Sequence record: ON529860.1
Reading direction: 5' to 3' (one strand)
DNA: 64,000 nucleotides
Positions within the stretch are counted from its first letter, which is position 1. Each line of letters begins with the position of its first letter. Below the pieces are notes generated by a model. The model did not search any database. It saw only the letters and a program-made list of their open reading frames with translations, and had not been told where the DNA came from. This document shows positions 43,652-51,866 of the stretch, piece by piece. The position numbers and the translations under genes were made by a program.

Positions 43652-44430
43652 AGGCGGCGCAGACCCAGGCTGGAGACGCGATCGTCGGTGTAGAGCACTG
43701 AGCGAACGACGTAATCGCCCCAGAGGTCCTCATTGTCCGTGCGGTCCCAACCGAGCGACAAAGTCGCGTGGGTCTCGGCCAGGTCGATTTCGTCCTGCGT
43801 GAGGGTCAGGCTGACGTCGTCCATATCGGCGAACGTCAGCGTGACCGCGTGGCCGTCGGGCGCTACATCCCCCGGTAGATCACCGACCGAGGCAAAACGG
43901 CCGTCCTGCATCTCGGCGGGTGGACGCAGGAACCAGGCGCCGTCGATCTCGTCGCGATAGATGGTCAGGGCGGCGCCGTCGGTCAGGGGGCGCTCGGTCT
44001 GGAGCATGCCCACCGCGTGCACGGCGTAGGTGGTGCCGCGTTTCTTGTGGCGCAGCGTGGGGCGCTCCGCCGCCTCCGCCAGCAGGATCAGCGCGGTCTG
44101 GACAGCCTCGGCGCGCTCGTCGCGCATCTTGATCTCGCGATCCATTTCTTCGCGCGAGAAGGAGCCCTTTTCCGTCCCTTCAACCAGGCGGTCCAGCCGC
44201 TTGGACTCGAACCGATCATCGATCAGCAGCGCGTTGAGAATGTCCAGAGCCTTGCCGGCGCGGACGCCGCTGATCGGCTGCGTCAGTTCAGTCCATATAG
44301 CCCTATGCTCCTCCAGGGCCTTGCGGGCCGCTGCGCGATGGTGATCGCTGTAGAGGTTGCCGTCGGTGTCCAGGACCTGCTGGTTCTGGCGAATCTGTTC
44401 TTGATGGAAAGCTAGGGCGCGCTCGAACAT
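43648..44430 (-). CDS. hypothetical protein with DUF1653-like domain
   Basis: LRHKKRGTTY.V......IYR...G.WFLRP..EM.DGRF; start moved to MFERALAF (SD GGAGG, downstream of promoter 44458-44483). Confidence 0.75.
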   Translation of the reverse strand: MFERALAFHQEQIRQNQQVLDTDGNLYSDHHRAAARKALEEHRAIWTELTQPISGVRAGKALDILNALLIDDRFESKRLDRLVEGTEKGSFSREEMDREIKMRDERAEAVQTALILLAEAAERPTLRHKKRGTTYAVHAVGMLQTERPLTDGAALTIYRDEIDGAWFLRPPAEMQDGRFASVGDLPGDVAPDGHAVTLTFADMDDVSLTLTQDEIDLAETHATLSLGWDRTDNEDLWGDYVVRSVLYTDDRVSSLGLRRL

Positions 44431-44457
44431 GGGGCCTCCGTTGATGTCGTCACCGGT

Positions 44458-44483
44458 GTAAAAGAATGATTTGCGGTTGTCAA
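44458..44483 (-). promoter_or_regulatory. conserved phage promoter copy 12
   Basis: GTAAAAGAATGATTTGCGGTTGTCAA. Confidence 0.75.
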
Positions 44484-45166
44484 CCAAGCGCGGCGTCGAA
44501 AGCCTTTTGGCGCTCTTCGGCCAGGCCGACGAACACCGTCACCGCCCAGTACGCAACATCCTTGTCGCCGGCCCGGTCCAGGATGAGGGCCTTGGCGGCG
44601 GCGAAGGCCTCATCATAGTCCGACGCTGCGAGCACTGAGGTCTGGCCCTGGATTTCCACGCTGTAGGCTTCGTCCGCCTTGGCGTAGCGCAGCCATCCGA
44701 CGGGAGTGCTCGCGACCGCCAGGATGCACTGAAGCGTGAGATCGGAGCGGTGCGGCAGGCGGTTGGAGACGTCCTGGATCGTGATCTGATCCTGCGCAGG
44801 GTAGTCGGCCGTGGCGGCGATCGTCGCCAGGGCGTCCGCATGCAAGGCTTTCAGTTTGGCGCGCACAGATGTGAACGAAGGGCCTTTGAAATCTCGCAAG
44901 AGATCATTCAGCGTTCCCAGCGATCGCAACGCGGCGGCGCAGGCCGTCTTGTTCGGGGTCAATCCCTCGGGGTCGGCGGAGACGAAGCGGTCCGGGTCAT
45001 AGCCCACGACCTTGCCGTCATCCGAAGCGACCCGGCACCATTCCTGGACGCCGCAGCCGGAGTGTCCGTCGTAGGAGGAGTGGACCCGGTAGGCGCGCCC
45101 GGCGGTCATGCGATCGCTGTCGATCAGGTTGACGACAAGCTGGTTGGCCGCGAAGGTGTGGGACAT
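44480..45166 (-). CDS. hypothetical protein (228 aa)
   Basis: SD GAGG; SH3-like N-terminus. Confidence 0.75.
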   Translation of the reverse strand: MSHTFAANQLVVNLIDSDRMTAGRAYRVHSSYDGHSGCGVQEWCRVASDDGKVVGYDPDRFVSADPEGLTPNKTACAAALRSLGTLNDLLRDFKGPSFTSVRAKLKALHADALATIAATADYPAQDQITIQDVSNRLPHRSDLTLQCILAVASTPVGWLRYAKADEAYSVEIQGQTSVLAASDYDEAFAAAKALILDRAGDKDVAYWAVTVFVGLAEERQKAFDAALG

Positions 45167-45177
45167 GCGGGTTCCTC

Positions 45178-45978
45178 TCAGAAAGGGCGGATGACGGCGT
45201 CGGTCAGGCGGATCGCCAGGGGATCGCCGGAGGTGGAATAGCGCAGGAAGACTTCGGCGGTCTGGGCGGCGATCAACTTGCGCACCGTCTTGATGTCGAC
45301 GCTCCAGGCGTCTTCGGCCAGGGTGACAGCGCCGGGGTTCGAGACGTCGCCGATGACCGACTTGACCGACCAGCGCCCGCCATGGGTCTTGAACAGGCTG
45401 TAGGCCTCGCCGGGCTCCAGCATCCGGCGCTTAGCCTCGGCGAGCGCATCTTCGGCCGCCTTGTCCTTTTCAGCCTTGATGCGCGCCTGCACGGCGCGGC
45501 GCGCCTCCCGGCGCATCTCCCGCTCATTGGGCTGGAGACTTGACCACAGGATGTCGCCGTCGAGCCGAGCGGCGAAGCCGTAGCGCCGTGTCACGTTGAA
45601 GACGGACTGGTTGCCGCCGATCAACGGCGTGAAGACCTTGCGGAGCGACTGGGCGTCGGCGGCGTGCGCCTTGGGCGCCCGCGCGAAGAGTTCCGCGCTG
45701 GTCAGGGCGACGATGCTGTCGTCCAGACTGGCGACCCAGAACCACCCGCGTCGCCAGGCGTAACCGGGCTCGTCGCTCTCGATCGGCCCTTCTTCCGGCT
45801 CAAACTGCGGCCAGGCGGCGTGGACTTCGGCGCTGAGTTCGCTAGAGGCGAAATGGCTCTGGAGCGCCATGTCTTGCGCCGACTTCAAGGCGGAGGCCTC
45901 GTCGCGCGCCATGACGTGAATCTGAATGCGGTTGGTCTGCGTGACCAAGACGCTGTAGTTCCGAAACTCGTCGCTCAT
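45178..45978 (-). CDS. hypothetical protein (266 aa)
   Basis: SD GGAGG. Confidence 0.75.
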   Translation of the reverse strand: MSDEFRNYSVLVTQTNRIQIHVMARDEASALKSAQDMALQSHFASSELSAEVHAAWPQFEPEEGPIESDEPGYAWRRGWFWVASLDDSIVALTSAELFARAPKAHAADAQSLRKVFTPLIGGNQSVFNVTRRYGFAARLDGDILWSSLQPNEREMRREARRAVQARIKAEKDKAAEDALAEAKRRMLEPGEAYSLFKTHGGRWSVKSVIGDVSNPGAVTLAEDAWSVDIKTVRKLIAAQTAEVFLRYSTSGDPLAIRLTDAVIRPF

Positions 45979-46008
45979 AAGCCCCTCCGATCTATTCTAC
46001 GTCACTCC

Positions 46009-46034
46009 CTACGGCAGTGATTGCCGGCTGTCAA
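46009..46034 (-). promoter_or_regulatory. degenerate promoter variant
   Basis: CTACGGCAGTGATTGCCGGCTGTCAA; -35 intact, proximal box diverged; upstream of 45178-45978. Confidence 0.5.
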
Positions 46035-46039
46035 CGACC

Positions 46040-46543
46040 TCAAGCCAGAACATCATGCTCCGTGAGAACGGGCTTCGTTGACAGCGCCTTGACCACCTCG
46101 GTCCAGATCGTGGCCCGTTTCAGCCGAGCGTGGGCCATCAGCTTCTCCACGACGCCGGACGTATCAAAAACAGCCCGGATACCAAAGTCGCGCATGGATT
46201 GTGTCTGAGCCTGTGCGATCTTCTCGCCGTGCTGGGCCAAGACCGGCTCGATTTGCGCGCGATAGGCGCGGAGCCCCTCGCCGGCGTCTTCCCAGGCCTT
46301 GTCCAACATCGTCTTCAGCGTCATGATCTGGGCGACGTCGTTGCTTCGGGTGACGATGGTGTTCGGCGGGATCGCGACGGGTTCGTCCTTAGGGTCCCGA
46401 TCGTGCCGCAGTCCCAGGCATCCGCCAGGAAACTCATAGAGGAGCCGGTAGACCGAGCACGTTCCGGGATCGCTGACGACGTCCGCCACCAGGGCATAGG
46501 CATGCTGGGTCACTGCATGGGCGGGATCAGGAGTCAGGGTCAT
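46040..46543 (-). CDS. hypothetical protein (167 aa)
   Basis: ATGA overlap. Confidence 0.7.
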   Translation of the reverse strand: MTLTPDPAHAVTQHAYALVADVVSDPGTCSVYRLLYEFPGGCLGLRHDRDPKDEPVAIPPNTIVTRSNDVAQIMTLKTMLDKAWEDAGEGLRAYRAQIEPVLAQHGEKIAQAQTQSMRDFGIRAVFDTSGVVEKLMAHARLKRATIWTEVVKALSTKPVLTEHDVLA

Positions 46544-46857
46544 GCGCCTTGAATGTCCTTGCGATAGTCGTCAATGGCGCCGACGGACCGACCAATCTCC
46601 AGGATGGCCTTGTTCACATCGAACTCCGCCCGGACGAGATAGGGGAAGATGTCGTGGTCGTACCAGCACTCCAGAACGAAGTCCCAGCCGCCCGTTTCAT
46701 AGTGGGCCTGGGCGTGGGTCTTGATCTCGTCGATCAGAGCGCGCTGCTCGGGGGTCGCGGCCGCCATGGCGGCCTTGCCGGCCTCCTCCTGGGCCACGAA
46801 CTCTTCATGGGACGTCGGCGTCTTATACATCAGGGTTCTCGCGTTGAAGCTTTTCAA
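46540..46857 (-). CDS. hypothetical protein
   Basis: HAQAHYETGGWDFVLECW motif; start may be ATG 46830. Confidence 0.7.
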   Translation of the reverse strand: MKSFNARTLMYKTPTSHEEFVAQEEAGKAAMAAATPEQRALIDEIKTHAQAHYETGGWDFVLECWYDHDIFPYLVRAEFDVNKAILEIGRSVGAIDDYRKDIQGA

Positions 46858-47173
46858 GTCGGCGGCGCCAGCCCTGAATCCAGGTGTTCACGCGGCCGCG
46901 CATGTAGACGTCGGACAGCGCGCCGCCGCTTTCGACGAAGATGACAGTGAAGGCGTCCAGCGACTTGATGCCGTCGGCGATCGTGACGGTGCGATTGGCG
47001 AAGGCCTGAAAGACATGGCGCTCGGCCACAGCATCGACCAGGGCGTTGGAGGCGCCCGCGCGTTCGAGCACCTCATAGGCGTCATCCGCCAGACCCTGGA
47101 CAAACTGACCGATCACGAGATCAAGCCGTTTTCCGTGCTCTGTCTTGAAAGCTGCGTAGGCAACGTGAGGCAT
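46823..47173 (-). CDS. hypothetical protein (116 aa)
   Basis: stop/start abutment. Confidence 0.65.
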   Translation of the reverse strand: MPHVAYAAFKTEHGKRLDLVIGQFVQGLADDAYEVLERAGASNALVDAVAERHVFQAFANRTVTIADGIKSLDAFTVIFVESGGALSDVYMRGRVNTWIQGWRRRLEKLQRENPDV

Positions 47174-47673
47174 CAGAAGTCCACCTGAGTACGAAAGTCG
47201 AGGATGCGGAAGAAGCGGGAGCAGGCGTCGTCGAAGAACCGATGCGCCTCGCCAAGGTCGTCGAAATGACGGGAAATGCGGTGGGCCGCGAAGGCGTCGG
47301 CCTTGACGAACCCCGCCGCCTTGACGAAGCCCTCCACGTCGTAGGTGAAGTCCACCGAGTCGACCGCCAACTTCAGGGCGAAGCAGTTGGTGCGGACCTC
47401 GGCCAGGGTCGCGCTGGTGTCACGATAGGGGTCGTTGGTCAGCATCGCCGGCGCGTACCCGCCCCTGGCGTAGACTTCATCGGCGCGCTGACGCATCATC
47501 TGCGCCGTGTCCAGCTTGGCCTGATTGACCGCGACCGTCAGCCGCGACTTGGCCTTCAGGCGCTCGGACTCGGCAATGCGTTCGTGCAGACGTTGTTGGC
47601 TCGCCAACAGTTCAGCCATGGCGACCGGGGTCACGACGCCCTCGGGGGTCTGGTTCGGGTTGGGAGTCTGCAT
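47173..47673 (-). CDS. hypothetical protein
   Basis: start moved to MQTPNPNQ (SD AAGGAGG, downstream of promoter 47708-47733). Confidence 0.75.
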   Translation of the reverse strand: MQTPNPNQTPEGVVTPVAMAELLASQQRLHERIAESERLKAKSRLTVAVNQAKLDTAQMMRQRADEVYARGGYAPAMLTNDPYRDTSATLAEVRTNCFALKLAVDSVDFTYDVEGFVKAAGFVKADAFAAHRISRHFDDLGEAHRFFDDACSRFFRILDFRTQVDF

Positions 47674-47707
47674 GGGAAAGCCCTCCTTGTTGTCGTCTAG
47701 GTGGGCT

Positions 47708-47733
47708 GTAAAGGAATGATTCGAGGTTGTCAA
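47708..47733 (-). promoter_or_regulatory. conserved phage promoter copy 13
   Basis: GTAAAGGAATGATTCGAGGTTGTCAA. Confidence 0.8.
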
Positions 47734-48017
47734 GCGGCCACGGCCGCCGGGCGGCGTTTTCTGGGCGGGCCTTTGATCCGCGCCGGTTTCAGCCTCGCCG
47801 GCGCGGTCTGCAAGCCGGCGAACTTGCCGTTGCGGGTGACGCCCACGGGATCGACGCCGGCGATATACCAGCGCTTGTCCTTCTCGTAGATGTAGGCGAT
47901 CCCGTCAGGGTCTCTCATGTTATAGCACCGAAACTCGCCGTCCCACCCGCTCGGGAGCGGGACGATATAGACCGCCGCCGGCGTCCCGCGCGGCGGCTTT
48001 ACGCTGTAATCCATCAT
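47730..48017 (-). CDS. hypothetical protein
   Basis: start moved to MMDYSVKP. Confidence 0.6.
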   Translation of the reverse strand: MMDYSVKPPRGTPAAVYIVPLPSGWDGEFRCYNMRDPDGIAYIYEKDKRWYIAGVDPVGVTRNGKFAGLQTAPARLKPARIKGPPRKRRPAAVAA

Positions 48018-48262
48018 CCCTTGAGGGCATCCTGCATCACGTTGCGCACCCACTGCGCGGTTTCCTGGGTCTGGTAGCGCGCGATGACGACCTCGCCCTG
48101 CGCGCTGATTTCGATGACGCCGAGACGCCCCTGGGGGCCGGCGGGCGGCAGGGGGCGGACCTCGTAGCGGGTGGTCGGGCGCTTGCGCGGTGCGGCGAGC
48201 CTCGCGTCGATGCGCTCGACCATGCGCTTCATGGCCTTCTTCTTTTCAGCCTTCTTGCCCAT
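48014..48262 (-). CDS. small basic protein (82 aa)
   Basis: stop/start abutment. Confidence 0.7.
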   Translation of the reverse strand: MGKKAEKKKAMKRMVERIDARLAAPRKRPTTRYEVRPLPPAGPQGRLGVIEISAQGEVVIARYQTQETAQWVRNVMQDALKG

Positions 48263-48498
48263 CAGTCGGCACGCTCATAGTCGACGAAGGTCGCGCCGCC
48301 GGTCAGGTCGTCGATATAGCCTTCAGGGCCGTTTTCGCAGCGGGCGGCGATCTCGTCGATCAGGGCGGTCCAGTCGGCGCCGCGTTTCCTGGCCTCGCGC
48401 TGGGCCACCTCGCGGAAGCGGGCGATACAGGCCTCGGGCGTGTCCGCGAACACCTCGATCTTGAGGTAGGCGCGCATATTGGCGATCAGTCGATACAT
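48262..48498 (-). CDS. hypothetical protein (78 aa)
   Basis: SD GGGAGG with GACGAC leader. Confidence 0.7.
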   Translation of the reverse strand: MYRLIANMRAYLKIEVFADTPEACIARFREVAQREARKRGADWTALIDEIAARCENGPEGYIDDLTGGATFVDYERAD

Positions 48499-48530
48499 GG
48501 GGTCCTCCCTGTTTGTCGTCAGCCTTTCTC

Positions 48531-48556
48531 CTAGAGGGCCGAGTGACGGTTGTCAA
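48531..48556 (-). promoter_or_regulatory. degenerate promoter variant
   Basis: CTAGAGGGCCGAGTGACGGTTGTCAA; follows terminator, precedes GACGAC leader. Confidence 0.5.
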
Positions 48557-48568
48557 CGCTCTCGCGCC

Positions 48569-48599
48569 AAAGAAAAAGCGGCGGGATTGCTCCCGCCGC
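48569..48599 (-). terminator. intrinsic terminator ending the hfa-like operon
   Basis: GCGGCGGGA/GCAA/TCCCGCCGC then TTTTTCTT on minus strand. Confidence 0.85.
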
Positions 48600-48625
48600 C
48601 TCTCATTCAGCCTTGATCCGAAGAC

Positions 48626-49621
48626 TTACGGACGGGTGCCGGCCGTCACGGTCACGGTGTTGCCGATAGCGGTGGCTCCCACCGTGGCGCTGCCGCCGAT
48701 GAAGCTGTTGTTCAGGTTCATCGTGGCGATTTGCGGCGTATTCAGCCCTTGCGCGCTGATGTTGGCGAGGACGCCGCCGGCGCCGTTGATGTTGACCATG
48801 TTACCGAACGCCCCGGCGTTGCCCGTCAGCGAGGAGCCGAACGACGCCGAAGAGATGTTGGTGGTCGCCGTCTGGGTCGCGCCCGGATAGCCGCCAGTCC
48901 CGAAACCATTGGTCTGGAGGACCGTGGCGTTGACGAAACCGTCGGCCGACACGTCAAGGGCCGTGCCAACCGCTTGAGAGATCAGGCCGGCGGAGCCGCC
49001 GACGCTGCCGTTCGAGTAGTTCAGCGCCGCGTTTTGGACTGCACCGGAGTTCACCAGCAGGGGCACGTTGCCGCCATTGATCAGGACGTCACGGTCCGCA
49101 TCAATGTTGATCGCGGCGCCCACTGCGCCAGAGACGCCATCCAGGCGACCATCCACGCGGGTCGAGCCCATGTTCAAGGTCGAGGATTGGTTGCCTTGGT
49201 TGACGATCGCGAAGTTCGAGTTGACCACCGCGTCGAACGCACGCACGTCGAGCGCCCCGCCCAGGGACTGAGCGCGCAGGTCAGCGCGATCGATGGACGA
49301 GGAGTTGACGTTGAGCGTCGAGGTTTGCACGCCGCCATTCGCGATGTGCGCGCCGCCGATATAGGGGTTGTTGTAGTAGGCGGCATTGCCCGAAATCGTG
49401 GCGGTTCCGAACGCCTCGACGTTCAGTGCCGAACCCACGGCCGCAGCTTGGCCCGTCAGCAGGTGATCGACACGGACGTTGGCGACATTGGCCGTGGCGG
49501 TTTGAGTGTTCGGCGAGTGGATGCCGAGGTTACTGCCGACGCGGACGTCGACCGACTGCGCCGAAGCGGCGCCGGCGAACAGGACGACCGAAGCGGCCGC
49601 CAGAAGGAAAGTCTTACGCAT
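48626..49621 (-). CDS. secreted beta-repeat protein, HfaD/curlin-like
   Basis: Sec signal (AGAASA-Q); six repeats Q-x-(A/S)-(T/A)-x-N...A.G..(L/V).V; rich in Asn/Gly/Ala/Ser/Thr; downstream of hfaB homolog. Confidence 0.7.
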   Translation of the reverse strand: MRKTFLLAAASVVLFAGAASAQSVDVRVGSNLGIHSPNTQTATANVANVRVDHLLTGQAAAVGSALNVEAFGTATISGNAAYYNNPYIGGAHIANGGVQTSTLNVNSSSIDRADLRAQSLGGALDVRAFDAVVNSNFAIVNQGNQSSTLNMGSTRVDGRLDGVSGAVGAAINIDADRDVLINGGNVPLLVNSGAVQNAALNYSNGSVGGSAGLISQAVGTALDVSADGFVNATVLQTNGFGTGGYPGATQTATTNISSASFGSSLTGNAGAFGNMVNINGAGGVLANISAQGLNTPQIATMNLNNSFIGGSATVGATAIGNTVTVTAGTRP

Positions 49622-49770
49622 TGAGATATTCTCCCGTTGATGAATGGACGAGGCTCGAATGAGCCCCGCTTAATCCCGACCGCTGAACTGGGAGCGGTCG
49701 TCCCTCCCGCCGGGAAGCCCCGGAGGTTGGCGACGCGGTGACCCAGGGCCGCCGCGAATAGGGGTGCGGC

Positions 49771-50661
49771 TTAAGACCGGAAGCTGGCGTCGACGAGCGG
49801 CGCGCAGTCGCGGAAGTAGTTGCCGTAGAGCGGGTTCAGCAGTTCCAGCGTGGCGTATTCCAGCGTGGCGCGGACGCCGAGTTGGAGCGGCTCCTGGCCC
49901 TGCTTGCCGGTGTTGATGTCCACCAGATAGTCGCCGAAGAAGCGGAACAGGCCGGCGCGGGTCTCGTAGCCGATGATCTGCTTCTGCACCGAGACGGTCT
50001 TGACGACCTTCAGCGACTTGGTGTCGACCAGGCGCAGGTCCACCGCCGTGTTGATCACGTAGTAGCGCATGCCGGCCTCGAACAGGCTGACGCCCAGTTC
50101 GGCGCCGCCCGAGACGATGTCGTAGTTGACCTCGGTGATGCCGCCGACGATGTAGTAGTCGGAGCCCTGATACTGACCAGCGGTCAGGTTCAGGCGGCGC
50201 AGCGTGGCGGCCTGAGGGTTCGCGGGATCGTAGGCCGGGTCCTGGATCAGTTGGTTCTGGGTCAGGGTGGCTTCGTTGGAGGCGATGTCCATGTCGAAGC
50301 GCTCGACCTGTTCGATGCCGTCCAGCTTGCCCAGAGCCGACATGACCATGAGCGAGCCGCCCTGGGTGATGCGGAAGCCGCCTTCACTGGCCTCGTTCGA
50401 GAACTTGCCGGTGTAGTCGCGGATTTGGCCCACGGCGATGCGGTTCGGAACCACGCTTTGACGCGTCGCCTGGGCGAAGCATTGCATGGCGGGGTCCATC
50501 GGGCTGGAGTTCAGCGTCGGGCGGGTGCCGACCACGACCGGGGCCTGGCCTTGGGCGTTCAGAACCGGCGAGACGGGGGCGGTCGTTGAGGCGCAGGCAG
50601 CCGTCGACAGGGCCAGCACCGACAGCGCGGCCAGGGTGATGATGCGGTTCTTCATGCTCAA
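49771..50661 (-). CDS. hfaB: CsgG-family outer-membrane secretion lipoprotein, holdfast anchor HfaB-like
   Basis: lipobox STAAC; IAVGQIRDYTGK, ITQGGSLMVMSALGK, VERFD, YIVGGITE, VDLRLVDT, VRSLQKQIIG-type and EPLQLGVR motifs. Confidence 0.88.
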   Translation of the reverse strand: MSMKNRIITLAALSVLALSTAACASTTAPVSPVLNAQGQAPVVVGTRPTLNSSPMDPAMQCFAQATRQSVVPNRIAVGQIRDYTGKFSNEASEGGFRITQGGSLMVMSALGKLDGIEQVERFDMDIASNEATLTQNQLIQDPAYDPANPQAATLRRLNLTAGQYQGSDYYIVGGITEVNYDIVSGGAELGVSLFEAGMRYYVINTAVDLRLVDTKSLKVVKTVSVQKQIIGYETRAGLFRFFGDYLVDINTGKQGQEPLQLGVRATLEYATLELLNPLYGNYFRDCAPLVDASFRS

Positions 50662-51155
50662 GCAGCCCCGCCCGGTTGACCATTCGTCTGCGAGCCGGAG
50701 CCCGTGTTCGTATTGGTCTGGTTGCCCTGGCTCGTGACGGTGTTGTCACGAATGGTGTTGGTCGCGTCCTGGGTGTTGCCGGTCGAGGTCTGGTTGTTGC
50801 TGACCTGATTGGACGAACCCGAGCACGTCAGCGAGGCGCCGACGGCGGAGGCCGAGCAGTTGTTGTGGGTCACCGACTGGTCGATGAACTGGAACACGTT
50901 GTTGGTGTTCGCGGCCGAGCCGCCCAGAAGACCGCCGGCTCCAGCGACGGCGGCGGGATTGCCGGCCTGAAGCTGATCGAAATAACCGGCCTTGTTCAGT
51001 TCGAACAGTTGCAGGCTGTTCTGCTTGGCGACGCGGTCGTTGGCCGTCCCGAAGCGCCACGGGGCGTCTTCGCCGATGGCGCGATCCTGGGCGTGCGCGG
51101 CGCTCGCCGCCATGGCGAGGGCGACAGCCACCCCCGCGAGAATCTTCATTCTCAT
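50658..51155 (-). CDS. secreted N/Q/S/T/G-rich protein, HfaA/curlin-like
   Basis: signal peptide AASAAHA-Q; GG.LGGSAANTNN linker; Asn/Gln/Thr-rich C-terminus; first gene of hfaB operon. Confidence 0.6.
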   Translation of the reverse strand: MRMKILAGVAVALAMAASAAHAQDRAIGEDAPWRFGTANDRVAKQNSLQLFELNKAGYFDQLQAGNPAAVAGAGGLLGGSAANTNNVFQFIDQSVTHNNCSASAVGASLTCSGSSNQVSNNQTSTGNTQDATNTIRDNTVTSQGNQTNTNTGSGSQTNGQPGGAA

Positions 51156-51244
51156 ATAAAAGTCCCTCCGTATCGGCGCGTGCGCCTTGATGATGGGCCG
51201 GGGCGCGGGAGAGTTCCCGCCGGCCCCGGTCAGTGATCGAGGGT

Positions 51245-51270
51245 GTAAAGAAACGATTTACGTCTGTCAA
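51245..51270 (-). promoter_or_regulatory. conserved phage promoter copy 14 (drives hfa-like operon)
   Basis: GTAAAGAAACGATTTACGTCTGTCAA. Confidence 0.75.
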
Positions 51271-51866
51271 CACTCGACGTCATTTTTCTTGAATCGGTTG
51301 ATCGGGATGCCGCTCAGCGCCTCCCGATACCGCGAGACCGCCGCCTCTGGCGTCAGGAATTCTGACGTGCTCAAGGTCGCAGCGATCCACAGGCGTTGAG
51401 GACGATCCGCCCACACGCCGCCCCAGTCCGCCGCCAAATGTCGGGAATCCTGCCGTTCAGACCCGCATTGAGTCAGAGCGTGTAGATGGGTCTGCTGTTT
51501 CAGGCAGATCAGATCGCCCGCGAGATGCGGGGCGTCGAGCCCGCGCCAGACGCGCGGACCGGTCACATTGTAGCCCGAGGCCCGGAGGATCAGGAGGTAG
51601 CCGTAACGGGGGAAGCCCTGGTCGCGGTGGAAGCCGATCTCGCCGTTGGCCGAGATCACCTGGACCTCGCCAAAGGCCTGACCCATGTTGACCTCGGATT
51701 CCCACAGGCGGTGGCGCATGTGCGGCCGTTGCTGGCGAACGTAGTCGAGTTGCTCGCGCTTGAGGTTGGCGATCCACTCGGGCGGCACCAGAGGCAGCAG
51801 GGCCTTGCCGACGCCGCGCGCCACCCAGCCGATGGCGTCGTATTTAGGCGGGCTCAGGTCGTGCAA
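51267..51866 (-). CDS. putative 2OG-Fe(II)/cupin-fold protein
   Basis: start moved to TTG; FHRD (HxD), distal HLHAL and late Arg. Confidence 0.55.
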   Translation of the reverse strand: MHDLSPPKYDAIGWVARGVGKALLPLVPPEWIANLKREQLDYVRQQRPHMRHRLWESEVNMGQAFGEVQVISANGEIGFHRDQGFPRYGYLLILRASGYNVTGPRVWRGLDAPHLAGDLICLKQQTHLHALTQCGSERQDSRHLAADWGGVWADRPQRLWIAATLSTSEFLTPEAAVSRYREALSGIPINRFKKNDVEC

